Positions 1 to 26,555 of a stretch of 64,000 nucleotides of DNA are shown piece by piece. The stretch spans positions 638,122 through 702,121 of the forward strand of contig CM119263.1 of NCBI GenBank assembly GCA_051294375.1, in the 5' to 3' direction. Under the pieces are notes generated by a model. That model had not been told where the DNA came from. It did no database searches and saw only the letters and a program-made list of their open reading frames with translations. Both the position numbers and the translations under genes were made by a program. The DNA comes from Paraspadella gotoi (taxonomy: Eukaryota; Animalia; Chaetognatha). How positions within the stretch are numbered: position 1 is the stretch's first letter; each line of letters opens with the position of its first letter.

Positions 1-130
1 CCTTCTCTTCTTCATTCGTCGCCACCAAATTTTGGCGTCGACATTGCAAGCGGTCACGTCATTTCTTCGCGCCAACGCCACCGCGTCATTTTGTGGCGTG
101 GCTCTTTTGACTCCGAGTTGAAGCGACGCT

Positions 131-13835
<13,705 letters not shown>

Positions 13836-16800
13836 CTGAAAAAAAAGTTACAAAAAAAGAATTACTTGAAATAAAATAAGAAAAGATTATATAAGAATAG
13901 TACTAGATAGGATATAATGGTATGGGTATATCTGGGCATTTTTAGAAGACAACAGTACAATTATTGAATATAAAATAAACCTCGTGATATAAAACCTTTC
14001 TTTTCGTTGTTTGGGACGATTATAGACAGTTTGAGTTTAATTTTGACAACGATTTTATTTTAATGCAAAACAGACATGTTTCGGTATACTCGCCAACACT
14101 GAATTATTATCCGAGTATTAAAGTTATGATCTATAAATAATATAATATATACGCTGATGAAAGGGCGTTGAAATGAGCCTGAAAACATGTCTGTTTTGCC
14201 ATTAAATAAAATCGTTGTCAAAATTAAACTCAAACTGTCTCTAAAATAAAAACCTCATAATTAAATTTCATACTTAACAAAATATTTTAAACTTTTATAT
14301 TGATTTTAAAATTAAGCCTAAGTTTGTAAATATCCGCTCATCACTTATAATTTTTGTTGTTATAAACTGTTTTTTTTTTTAAGTAATTAAGATTTATTTT
14401 AAGGAAACAAATTCTTCAAGTATTTTTTTAGGTAAGGTAATTTAATTTGAAAAATAAATGTTTTTAAATTATTATAAATAAATTTGATAATTTCAAATAA
14501 AAACGTTTTAAAACATACTGAAGGTGAATTCATAAAAACTTAAAATAATATATTATAATATGTTTCGTCTCTATAAATGATTCCTATCCCCCGAATTTAA
14601 AATTCCACTGCATCTGGTTCCCGTTTGATTTCCGTATTATGGCTCATAATTCTGAGTGAGAGCGAGTGCATTTGAAAAGGAGGGAAAGATGGGTAGTCTG
14701 GGAGAAGAAGAGAGAGAGAGAGAGGAGGAGAAGTACCAAAGAAGGCAAGTTTAGCGCGTCGATTCGCCTTTTCTTAGGGACTAGAGGGTCTGTCGGTAGT
14801 TTGGATAGATGATTTGGGGAAGACATTCCTCTCGGATGGGAGAGTTCGGAGAGGAGAACAGGTTTTCATGTCCAGAAAACCCAATATGGAGCGGCATGAC
14901 AGACTACCAGGTCGAGAGCGAGAGAGAGAGAGAGGAGATGAATTGAAGAAGGAGAGAGACTGATGACCATGAGAGGAGAGACGACGGAAGACGAAGATGA
15001 GGAGAGAGAAGAGAGAAACCCCAGAGACACGCCAAGAGAGGAGAGACGGACGTGAGAGAAGAGATGTGTTTAATTGAAGAGAGAGAGATTGAGAGTTGAG
15101 AGAGAGTAAGAGAAGCGAGAGATGTAATGTAGACCAAGAAGAGACAGACAGTCGAAAGATTTTCTAAATGCCAAGAGGGCACAGGAACGGACGACGAGAG
15201 AGAGAAATGTTGCCGCGATCGCTCATCCCAAAAAGCAGGAGGGAAGTGAAATTTACCAAATTGCGGGGCTGCTTCAGTGTTAGTTTTACCCGACAGGAAT
15301 CGAGATGAGACCATCGAGAATGCGTAGAGAGAGATATTGCGAGAAGATTTGATGACCACAACGCTAAGACAGATGAAGTGAACTGATCGCCGAAGAGAGA
15401 GAGGAGAGAGCGTAACAGCCTACCGAGAAAAGGAGAAGAGAGAATGAGAAAGTAGAAGCTAAGTCAATTGACAGAGAGAGAATTCAGAGAGTAATTACAC
15501 GACCCCGTTCAAACGTCGCCGCGGTTTTCCGCCCTCTCACCGGGTTGGAGAAATCCCGTTTCTCTCAGTCGTCAATCCTCATTTTACTCCAACGAAGTCA
15601 AAAACGCAATCAGACTAAAAAAAACCTGCCGTAAGCAATTTTTCCTTTTTCTAATATCATAATCATTATGCTTCTTCTACATATATCTTCTGGAACGCTT
15701 CTCTGCTCGTGACTCGTTCTACTCTCTCTCTTCTCTTCTCTCTCTCTCTCTTCTTCTCTCTCTCTCTCTCTCCTCTAGCATCTCCTACTTCTCTCTCTAG
15801 CTACTGCTACTGCTCTCTCATCTCTTGTTTTCCAGGCCAACGTTTCTTCCATTCAACATCGTTTTCGCCCGCACGATTGCGTGCGCCAGGACTTCTCTAT
15901 CGCGCCCGTGTTTGTTGCACCTGTTCTACGGTCAGAAACGGGTGTGCGATAACCGAAGTGGTGGTTGTGCCGATTGAAAACGTGTTTTGTGGTTTTTGAG
16001 TGAGATGACGATCACGACAGCGACGAAGACGACGACGACGACGAAAAGGACGACGAAGACGACGACGACGGAAATAACACAGACGACAACGATAAACAAT
16101 CAGGACTTCCGATGTGGATTTCTTTCTTTTACTGAGATCTTTATCAAAGCAGAAGCAAAGCTCTTTCAAAGAAAATAACTTAAGAAATGACTCAAGATAA
16201 TTTGTCATAATGGGATTTAACGAGACCGAATCAGCGAATACTTTGCAAGGCCGACCGAGATTGTTGTACTTTTGTTTTTGTGACTCTGTCTCTCTCTGAC
16301 TCTTTGTCGCAAAATACGGACAGCAATTCGGTAAAGAAATATCAAAGGTATGTTGTTTTGATAGTCGTTTAATGCATAATGCATAGCTAGTAGCAGGAAG
16401 CCTGTCCAAAGTCAGGGGAAAGTTAGCTTATTTATTGAATGAATTAATAATTTTTTATCGGTTGTTCCAATTTCATAAACTGCGTTGAACGTTAGATTTT
16501 AGTAAAATTTAGTAAACGGAAGTGGAAGGAAACACCTCACCTAAGAAATATGAAAAGTGAAAAGGGAGCTGATTGTTAGAAGGGTAAGTGACTGAGGAGG
16601 TTAGAAAAACAGGAGAAAAACTGGACCAACAATTTGGGACAGCGAGTTGTGAATCACGAGAGAAGATAGACCGGAAGGGGTAGAAAGAATTGAGGTAAGT
16701 CGAAGGAAGACCCAAGGTAAGTCAAAAGTAAGAAGGGTGGGTAAGGGGGCAGAGAAAGAAAGACCCAAGGTAAGTAAATGTCAGACGCTAAAGCGATGAT

Positions 16801-17435
16801 GGGCGCGGACCAGAACCATCCATGGGGAAGACCCGAGTTTAGAGAGAAAAGTCATTGACTCGAAAACCTTTAAACTTTCAACTCCGAAGCAAAAAAACCT
16901 TTCCCGCCATTTTGAACTTTTGAACGAACCTGACCCGAACCCTAGAGGTATCCAGAACCATTTTTTATAATATTAACTACCAAGGCTAAGTTTTGAAAAA
17001 CTCTCTATTATCTAAACACTCATCTTTAAACCAAATTTGCGAGAATCTTTAAAATACAATATATCGGAAATTATCTTTTTAAACACCAATTTGCAATCAC
17101 TGATAATTTATAAAGTCTTAACTCTCTCGTGATTTATCTTTAAAATCTACCTCCTGATCATCTCTAAGCACCCATCCTATCTATAAAACCAATCCTCGGT
17201 CATCTCTAAAACCCCATCATCGCCATTCTTTTCAAACTTCTTCCTCTTTGGATTTAGTGTCGGTTGTTAAAATCCTTTCTTCTTCCTCCCGACCTCCCTC
17301 ACCATCTTCTTGCAACGATACCGTTAAAACGACTCTCGAGGCGGAACCCGTAAACCGGGAACTTTAAAGCGAAAACAAGAGTTGTTAAGCTGATGACTAC
17401 TCGGGTTTTTTTTTTTGCGGCGGGACCTGTGAAAA

Positions 17436-17467
<32 letters not shown>

Positions 17468-17875
17468 AGAAAAGGACGCCTTTTACGTTAAGTTACAAAT
17501 TTATTTTCCTGCTTCACTTTGAAGTTCCTAAACTTCCTTTTAAAAGAGGTTTTAAGTTCGTCAAATGGACCGGTTAATTGTCTGTCCATCAGCATCTTTC
17601 TGTTGGTCCGTCTGTCAGTCTGTCATTCTATTTCGATCCTTGTCGTTGCTCCTGTCGATTAAATGCGTCTGATGATAGTCAAACTGTATCCAACGAGATG
17701 CCACGCCCCGGAGATGCTGTTCCCAAGAGTGCAAAACCGCCACTGATCCAATGTATATCTGTATATCTCATCGGTTAATTTATTCTTTGGCTAAGTGAGC
17801 CCCAAGCCTGACAGATGGTCTTCGCCTTAGAGATTAAAGTCGGACCCAATATAACCTGACGATGGTCGACTTACC

Positions 17876-18571
17876 ACATCTTAAATACACGCATTTACAG
17901 ATGACGACTTGACTGTACTTTCTTAAATGCACGCATTTACAGATGACGACTTGACTGCACTTTCTTAAATGCATGCATTTACAGATGACAACTTGACTGC
18001 ACATTCTTAAATGCATTCATTTACAGATGACAACTTGACTGCACTTTCTTAAACACACGCATTTACAGATGACGACTCAACTGCACTTTCTTAAATGCAT
18101 GCATATACAGATGATGACTCGACTGCACTTTTTTAAATGCATGCATTTACAGATGACGACTTGACTGCACTTTCTTAAATGCATGCATGTACAGATGATG
18201 ACTTGACTGTACTTTCTTAAATGCACACATTTACAGATGACGACTTGACTGTACTTTCTTAAATACATGCATTTACAGATGACGATTTGACTGCACATTC
18301 TTAAATGCATTCATTTACAGATGACAACTTGATTGCACTTTCTTAAATACATGCATTTACAGATGACGACTCGACTGCACTTTCTTAAATGCATGCATAT
18401 ACAGATGATGACTCGACTGCACTTTCTTAAATGCATGCATTTACAGATGATGACTTGACTGCACTTTCTTAAATGCATGCATTTACAGATGACGACTTGA
18501 CTGTACATTCTTAAATGCATGCATTTACAGATGACGACTTGACTGTACTTTCTTAAATGCACTCATTTACA
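17876..18571. repeat. 42-bp minisatellite, ~16 units (copy 2)
   Basis: Same unit as 10356-11050. Confidence 0.95.
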
Positions 18572-18644
18572 GAAGAACAAAAAAAAAGAATAAAATAAAA
18601 AAAAATTGCGGAAAGCGAGCGCCATCTTTTTGAAAATCCTCTGA

Positions 18645-19135
18645 TTAGAAACGAGCGCTGGGCGACGATGCGTGGCCGCGTGGCGTCTCTGAGGCCTCAT
18701 TAGGCGAGGTTATCTGAAGCCCAGAGTCTGTCAAAGAGGGAGTGGGTGAGGGGTAAGGGTGGAAGGTGGCGGATGAGAAAGACAAGGAAGAGGAAGGGAG
18801 AGAATAAAGAAAAATAGTAAGTCTATGAAGGTAAGTCAAGATTAATGTCACGTTCAGAAATACCGAGAGGTAAGTTTCATTTCTGCCCCGAGTAAGGATA
18901 TAATCTTGATAGAAAGAGAGGATTAAATTTGGTCGGTCAAAGGGAAAGTTAAAAGGGACATGGGAAAGTTAGGGAGAAAGCCAAAGTTAAAAAAGACAAG
19001 AATAAGTTCAGGAGAAAGACAAGGTTAAAAAGGACAAGAAAGAGAAAGAGAAAGAAAGACAAAGGATTAGATTCGTTGGCGTCAAAGAGAAAGACCATTG
19101 CGTTCGATGTTGCATTCATTCGTCTGTCGTTAAAG

Positions 19136-19185
<50 letters not shown>

Positions 19186-19722
19186 TGGCCAGAACTCAGG
19201 TGGTCGATCGTTGGACCAAAAAAGCGAAATTGCAAACGATGAGAATCGTTGAAGGAGAAGTGGAGAGGACAAAGATGACATCGACGAAAATGACAAGGAT
19301 GACAACGACGAAGATGACAAGAAGGATGACAAAGAAGTAAAGGGAGGACAATGATGACAACTACTAAATGTCAATTTCGACTAATTTCACTAAAACGAAT
19401 ATGCTTTCCGATTTTCACCGATGATCTAAACCTGAAAGATTAAATCATTGGTCATGAATTTCACATCAAAATTATTTTCGTCATCGACTCAATTTCTCAT
19501 CTCAGCCGATCGGGACGAAAAAATACTTTTCGAAATCGACTCATTCAATTTCTTATCTCAGCCGATCGGGACGAAAAAATGTTGTCCAAGGATCTAGAAT
19601 TCCATTTCTTTAAAACTCGCCTAATGTTTTCCAGAAGTAAAATTATTTTTTTGTTTAAATTACGAACGGATGGCTTAACGTTACTTGTTAATTTATCATT
19701 TAAATATTTTTATCTCTCTCTC

Positions 19723-19806
<84 letters not shown>

Positions 19807-22777
19807 CTCACCATATCTTCGGAGACGGATCTGTTTAAGAATTTCGAATTTCGTCTTTATAGTATTGAAATATTTTTTTGTTTTAAAAATTCAGAATCGA
19901 ACGGAAAGAAATTAAATTAATTTAAGCACACCTGAGTCTTGTCAACAGAAGTCCAAAAATCCAAGAAATATTTTTCCATCTGGAAAAAAACATAAACAAA
20001 CAGAATCAAACAAACTTTAAAATTGACATTCGTCTCAATCTTCTTTAAAAACTTAACAAACTAATCATGGGTAGAATTTTTCAATGCAAAAATGCACATC
20101 TTTTTTTTAAATTTGTGTTAAAAGTTAGAAATAAACCTTTAATGTCGTCATAAATTACAGATATTTAATTAAACTAAACTAAAATGCAGATATTTTCACT
20201 TTATCGCTTTCTATCATCTTACAAAAGTCGTTGAAATAATTTTCTATCTGTAATTGCAACAAACATTTCCCATTAAATTTGATGACGAAACAATATTTTT
20301 GATTGAATATTATTTACTTTCCTTATTTATTTACATAAATTTATATTTAAATCATTAATTTTATAAATATCAAATAAGAAATATTGCCTACTGAGTTTTG
20401 ACAGGTTATGGTCGGTCAAGGCCATCCATCCAATCAAACGGTTCAATTTATTAGCTTTTTAAACTCTAGCAAGTGGTATAATATTTTAGATAATTCTATA
20501 ATTCGATAAGTAGCTTAGTAGTATTGAGTTAGGTCATTTCACCCTCACCTTGTCATCCTCCAACGACTTCCAAAAATCCCTGAAGGCGCGTTCCACGATC
20601 CCGTCGTCAGCTTCGTCCACGGATCGACGGAACTCGGCGACGGTCGTGGGGAAACTCCAGGCGCGCTTCAGGCCTTCCAGGCGGAGTGGCTTGAAGGCAG
20701 GCGGGCGACGATATGGGTTTCGCTTGTGGTGCTTAATAGTAGTTGGGAGAAGACGTGAAATGAAAAAGAGAAAATATTTGATAGACACTTTCTCAGTATT
20801 TAATATTCTAATTGTAAAATAAATACATAATAAAAAAAAATTTTGAGAGTAAGGATAACGATAATCAATATAAAATAACATTTAACTTTTAAATAATCAG
20901 ATTGAAAATCTATCACTACTTACTCAAAACACGACAATATGCAAATGAGATTTAAGAACTAATTATAATAGATTTAATTAATTTTTCATACGCACTTATA
21001 TTCACTTGAAATTTTTTTAGTCGCACCTTCAAGATTTTCATGCATAACATTTATCAAGTGCTATATTTAAAAAAATTCATCGCAATCAGCAGAATCTCAT
21101 CTCGCGATGAATAGAAAAAAAAAATCTCGTCACCAGATGTCATTTGTTTTTGTCTCGTGTTTACTCTTAACGAGCGACACTAAAAATGTTTTTCGATTAC
21201 GCGTTAAAAAAAAATATCTAGATGGCGACAGAGACGAAAAAATGATTAATGACTCAAAACTCAGACACAAAATTAAAGGTAAACAACTTCTTTTTTTTTT
21301 ATCGTCCCGACTAGTTGCGTAGTTCGGCCGCCAGGATCGCGCTTAATCGTCCGTGATGAAGACGTTCACGTCGTGACGTTTGATTTAGAGAAAGATACAA
21401 CTTTTTACGTTTTTGGTTTCTTTTTCGTTTTAACTCTTGACAACCGATTTGTTAAACCATAAACAAACAATAAAAATAAAAAATAAACAATAAACTTTTC
21501 ACATTGAAAGACATTTGACTAAGAAAATAACGTAAAAGAGACGCGGCCAATTCGGCTCTCATTCATTTTAGGTAAATATAAAACCTGAATACTGGTAAAC
21601 GTCATATATTTTATTATTATAACCATTTAAACTTTTTTAAAACCTTGAACTCTACTATTAAGAGGTAGAGGTTTTTTTTAAATGTTTATAAACAACGAAT
21701 TTTAATCTGGTCTTTGTAAACATTAAAAAAAAATCAAAAAACCACTTCCTATTAAACTCAAACGCAACGAAATAGAAAGAAAATATACAATAAATAATAT
21801 ATTATGAATATACAATAACTCTACTATTATAAACTAAACAAAACCACAATATCACTAACCACAAAATCATTCTCATAGCTACTACCGCAACCACAGCAAC
21901 TACAGCAACTACAGCAACTACAGCAACCTCAGCAACGACAGCAACCCGTGAGATTTAAAAAAAAGAATATTTTTTTTGCAATGATGTTCATGTAACTTTG
22001 GTCGTTTTATCATAATTTTTTTCTCACTTTTACTCGGCGTTTATCCCCGGCGTCTCTCGGCGAGACGTTGATCGGTCGCGGCGTCGCTGGCATCGGCTGC
22101 AGCGGCGGCGATGTCGTCGGCCTGAAATGGATGACATTAAAAACAAAAAAGCAATTAGTTGAAACCGGAATATAGAAATAACACGGTGGCTTTTTCTTTT
22201 TTTTAATTTAATATAAATCTTTAAAAAAAAAACACTTTTGAATCGATGGAAAAACCAGAGCGGTATCAAAATTGTTAGATATTTATTTATGAAACGATTT
22301 ATTAGTTAGTGATGTAATCAAGCGGAGTGGCTGCTAAATAAATCTAATAATGCAGGAAAAACAATGTCTCCCTGACCCGAGTGCCAAAGACAGACATGAA
22401 CATACGGATAGAACGACAGACAGACAGACAGAAAGACAAATAGACGAACGCCCTCTTTACACTCACCCGCAACCGTTAAGAATAACCGCGCGTCTTTTGT
22501 TTTGCGTCGTTGCATCCACCGCCGCCAGGGTCGAACCAATGTCGCGGACGGCGTCGCTGTACAGACGGCGCGGCGCGGGCGGCGCCCGGGGAGCGGCGTT
22601 GTACAGTGGGAGCGGTTGTTCGCAAGACTCGCTCCAAGGAAACCGCCTAGTGGTACAATTGTATGAAATACAATACAATACACTAAAATGAAATGACAGA
22701 ATATAGAGATAAATAATCAAAAACGTCAGAATAATCATTATCATATGCACGATTAAAGTCATCATCATGAATTCATG

Positions 22778-22813
<36 letters not shown>

Positions 22814-23108
22814 GTCATCGACATCATCTTCGTCATCTTCTCCAGAGTCAAATTAGTTTTCGTCACAAAACGTCAAACGCCGAACGCCATCTTCCGTTTT
22901 TATCTAGCGTCTCTTTTGTTTTTCATTTTTCACTTTATTTTTTGTTCTTTTGTTTTCGTCTCCGTCTCTCTCGTTCTCACTCTCTCTCTCTCTCCCTACG
23001 GTGAAGCAATAAATCATCTTTGTCGCTATGACAACCAAAGTGGTTCTTCGTTTATCCAAACTCGACTTTAAAAGAGAGCGAGAGAGAGAGAGAGAGAGAG
23101 AGAAGAGA

Positions 23109-23156
<48 letters not shown>

Positions 23157-23819
23157 TAAAAAGAAAGAAAGAACAAAAAGAGAGAGAGACAAAATTTTTT
23201 AGTTAATTTTGTCGCGTAAGAAAATAATAAAGTAGAGAGTTGTTGACTAGTGGAATTGAGTGGAAAAGACAAGTGGAATTGAATGGAAAAAACAAGTGGA
23301 AAATAATAAAGTCGAGAGTGGTTGACTAGTGGAATTGAGTGGAAAAGACAAGAGGAAAAAAGAAGAATGAAGAAAAGAAATAGAGATGGAGTGATGTCGT
23401 GAAAACGGAGAGTGAGTGGAATTAAAAACTGGTGATGATGTGAAATTAAAAGGGAGATTTGGATGTCGTGAGAGTAGAAGAAAAAGTGATGTGAAAATGA
23501 AGTGAAAATGGAAATGAAAATGGTGGAAGGAATTGTGAAAAAAAGGCGATGACGTAGAAAAAAAGAGAGAAAGTCACAACCAGGAACAAGAATCACGAAA
23601 CACGAAACACGAAACACGAAACACGAAACACGAAACACGAAACACGAAAAACGAAACACAAAACAAGAGCCAGACCCCTTCCGAGTTCCGATCCTTCAGC
23701 GACAAGAAGAGGCGACGCCTTTCAAACTGTAATCACAGTTTATTCCGCGACCGCAGTTGCGCTGCCAACTCCTCCCACCTGAGACTAGCGCTTAGTTATC
23801 ATCAAAGTCGTTTTAACGC

Positions 23820-23914
<95 letters not shown>

Positions 23915-24119
23915 CTTTTCTCACTGTCATTTTCCTACTCTTTCTCTCTCTTTTTCATCATCATCAATTCATCATCAATCATCATCATCAATCATCATCA
24001 TCATCATACATCATCCATCATCATCATCATCATCAGCATCATCATCATCATCGCCAATCTTCTTTATAACTGTCATCCTCGTTGTCGTCGTCGTCTTCTC
24101 TTCCGCCATCATTATTTTT

Positions 24120-24168
<49 letters not shown>

Positions 24169-25161
24169 TCATCCACTTTTTTCTCTTTTTTCTTCGCATC
24201 AAAATTTTTTCACAATTTTTCAAATTTCATTTTTTAAATTCCGACATCTTTTACTAAACTTAGTCTCTTGCGAGATTAATTTACTCACTGGAAAGTTTAC
24301 TGTACTGAATTGAATTGAGAATTTTAAACAATTAAAAAAAAAACAAATACGGAATGACGAAGGAAATTTTATCCTCTTTTCACCGAAAATAAAAATTTAA
24401 GAAGAAAATCATGTTAAAATCATTGTCAAACGGGCTTACTTTTATAAAAAGTTAAATAAAAATCATGTTAAAATCATTGTCAAACGGGCTTACTTTTATA
24501 AAAAGTTAAATAAAAATCATGTTAAAATCGTTGTCAAACGGGCTTACTTTTATATTCGGCAACGAGGCTTAGGGGTGGTTACTAGTTAGGGTTAAGAGGG
24601 TATAACGTTAAGTTTCGGGTAATAATTTTTAATATTTTTTATAAGTAATAACATTTTGATATATTGTTACTCATATATAGGAATTAAAAATCCCAGTCGG
24701 CGAATAAAAAATATTACCATAATCTTGTTACTTTAATACATTATTAACGTCATCATGAATAACAAAATATCATCAAAAATGAAACGTCACGCTAATTCCA
24801 TTTCCAATTCTGCTTTCAAAGGCGCCATGGCGCCGGCGGCACTCACTTAAAGGTGGCGCCGCTGCCACTCACTTGAAGGCGGCATCGGTGCCACTCACTT
24901 GAAGGCGGCGCCGCTGCCACTCACTTGAAGGCGGCATCGGTGCCACTCACTTGAAGGCGGCATCGGTGCCACTCACTTGAAGGCGGCGCCGCGACTCATC
25001 GTCGGCGGCGTCAACGATGCCATCTCGTTTTCTCCCGTCGGCGACAGCCGGACATCCGGCGTCCAGATCCTAACGAGTCGAGACCCATTCAACGCCGGCA
25101 GCGTCGGCGGCGTCGGCTGCGTCGGCAGCTGCGTCGCGGGCATCATCTCGAAATTGATCAT
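18645..25161 (-). CDS. Orphan gene B, 7 exons, ~271 aa; Pro/Arg-rich N-terminal half plus two DFW motif exons; likely paralogue of gene A
   Basis: Exons 25161-24977, 22646-22467, 22121-22028, 20731-20549, 19979-19932, 19854-19812 and 18727-18645. All junctions are GT-AG with phases 2,2,0,0,0,1. Total 816 nt, ATG to TAA, with no internal stop. Confidence 0.75.
24406..24553. repeat. 54-bp tandem repeat, ~3 copies
   Basis: AAATCATGTTAAAATC...GGGCTTACTTTTATA at 24406, 24460 and 24514. Confidence 0.9.
24835..24992. repeat. 26-bp tandem repeat (x6) spanning the gene B exon 1 donor
   Basis: ACTCACTT (the - strand AA|GTGAGT) at 24841, 24867, 24893, 24919, 24945 and 24971. Confidence 0.9.
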
Positions 25162-25621
25162 CTCAGGGAGAAAAAATCCAGGGCAGCGAAAGTTGAATCG
25201 TTTGAGTCAAAAAAAGTCAAAATCCGACGCAAATTTGTTAAGTCTCGTTTTTTGTTTGTTTATTTATTTATGGTTTTATGATGGAACCAAAAGAATTATA
25301 GAGAGACTTTAAGAGTTAGAGACAGTGTCGAGAGAGAGAGAGAGATAAAAAAAAAGAAAAGAAAGAGAGTATAGAAAAGAGAAGAACCGGAAAGAAGAGA
25401 TGGAGATAGGTAAATGGGAAACTGGGAATTAGAGAGAACAGACACGGGAAGGGGGCGAAGAAGAGAATGAGGAAGAGGAAGAGGACATGAGGAGCAAAGC
25501 GAAGGAGGAAGAGGAGGTTTGGATTTTGGTCCGGGACCCGAGAAACCGAACTGCGCAATTGTAAAACCACGGGCAAAACATCCAAACAATTTTAAAAAAG
25601 AAATAGAGACAGAGTCGAGCG

Positions 25622-25665
25622 ATGATTGGTCGATATCGAGGCTCGTCTCGTTTTCTGATTGGTCA
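25622..25665 (-). promoter_or_regulatory. Tandem CCAAT boxes 33 bp apart; candidate promoter of gene B
   Basis: TGATTGGTC with ATTGG at 25625 and 25658, ~460 bp upstream of the gene B ATG. Confidence 0.4.
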
Positions 25666-26468
25666 GTGGGAATTTGCGAAGATGCGTGCTCTTTTTTTTT
25701 TAAAATCGTAGAGAGAGAGAGAGAGAGAGAGAGGGAGAAAGAGAGAGAGAGAGAGAGAGAGAGTTAAAATTAGATATTATTTAGCCTCTTGCTTCATGAA
25801 TATCGACCGCGTGAATTTTGGTTTGAGTGCATTGATTAAAAAAAGATAATAAAACAAAAGAACAGCCAGGTCAACGACGACGACGACGACGACGACCACC
25901 TCGTTCTACAATTGCGCAGTTGTGTTTGAAGTGAAAATTTCAAAATAGCCAACGTCGCAGTTGAACACTTTGGAAATGGGTTATACAAATGAACGCTCTA
26001 GACAAAGGAAGTTATATAGTACATCAGATGTTCATATACATTGTAACTCGTACATACGCTATCCAGACAAATTTGTGATAATGTTTAATGTTCTATGATA
26101 ACCAAACTTTAATACCCAAAGGGCATCAAAGCTCTAAGACCCTAAGACAATTGAACAAGACAAAGCAAAGACACTGAAGCCCGAAGTGATCGACACATAA
26201 TTACGAACGTATGTTCGGCCCTGGGAAACTACTCTTTACCGGACTTGCTACTATATGATAGCGGAAAATTGTAAAAAAAAACACAAAAAAACAGATATAT
26301 TATGGTTGAAATGGTCTCCCGGAGTTTTAGACACAAACGATGACTTTGATAAAATTTTAAACTTTGACGAAACCAAATTGAAAACGTTTAAACTGCTTAA
26401 AATCAAAGTTAAGCCACTTTTAAATATTGTAATGATATTATGATTTTCTTTTCTTTTAATTTTCACAG

Positions 26469-26555
26469 TTGAAGCAATTCAAGGATGAGAAAAGAAGAGA
26501 AGAAAAGGCTGCAGGCGTTGAGGAAGAGAGTGAAGAAATACGAAAGATCAAGAAG
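26469..26555 (+). CDS. RASGRF: RasGRF exon [29 protein letters not shown]
   Basis: CAG/GTAAGT, phase 0-0. Confidence 0.9.

Noticed and set aside
14720-15720. Apparent unique insertion with ORFs in copy 2 of the duplication
   Set aside because: Occupies the position of the (GA)n tract in copy 1 and looks like low-quality consensus.
17834-18562. Cys/His-rich 14-aa repeat ORFs (MHLRKCSQVVICKC) resembling zinc fingers or metallothionein; also considered as a CRISPR-like array
   Set aside because: Head-to-tail 42-bp minisatellite with no unique spacers, interrupted by stops, in a eukaryotic context.
22463-22646. Insulin-like or neuropeptide precursor reading (KRR...GCG)
   Set aside because: No signal peptide or insulin Cys pattern in the spliced gene B model.
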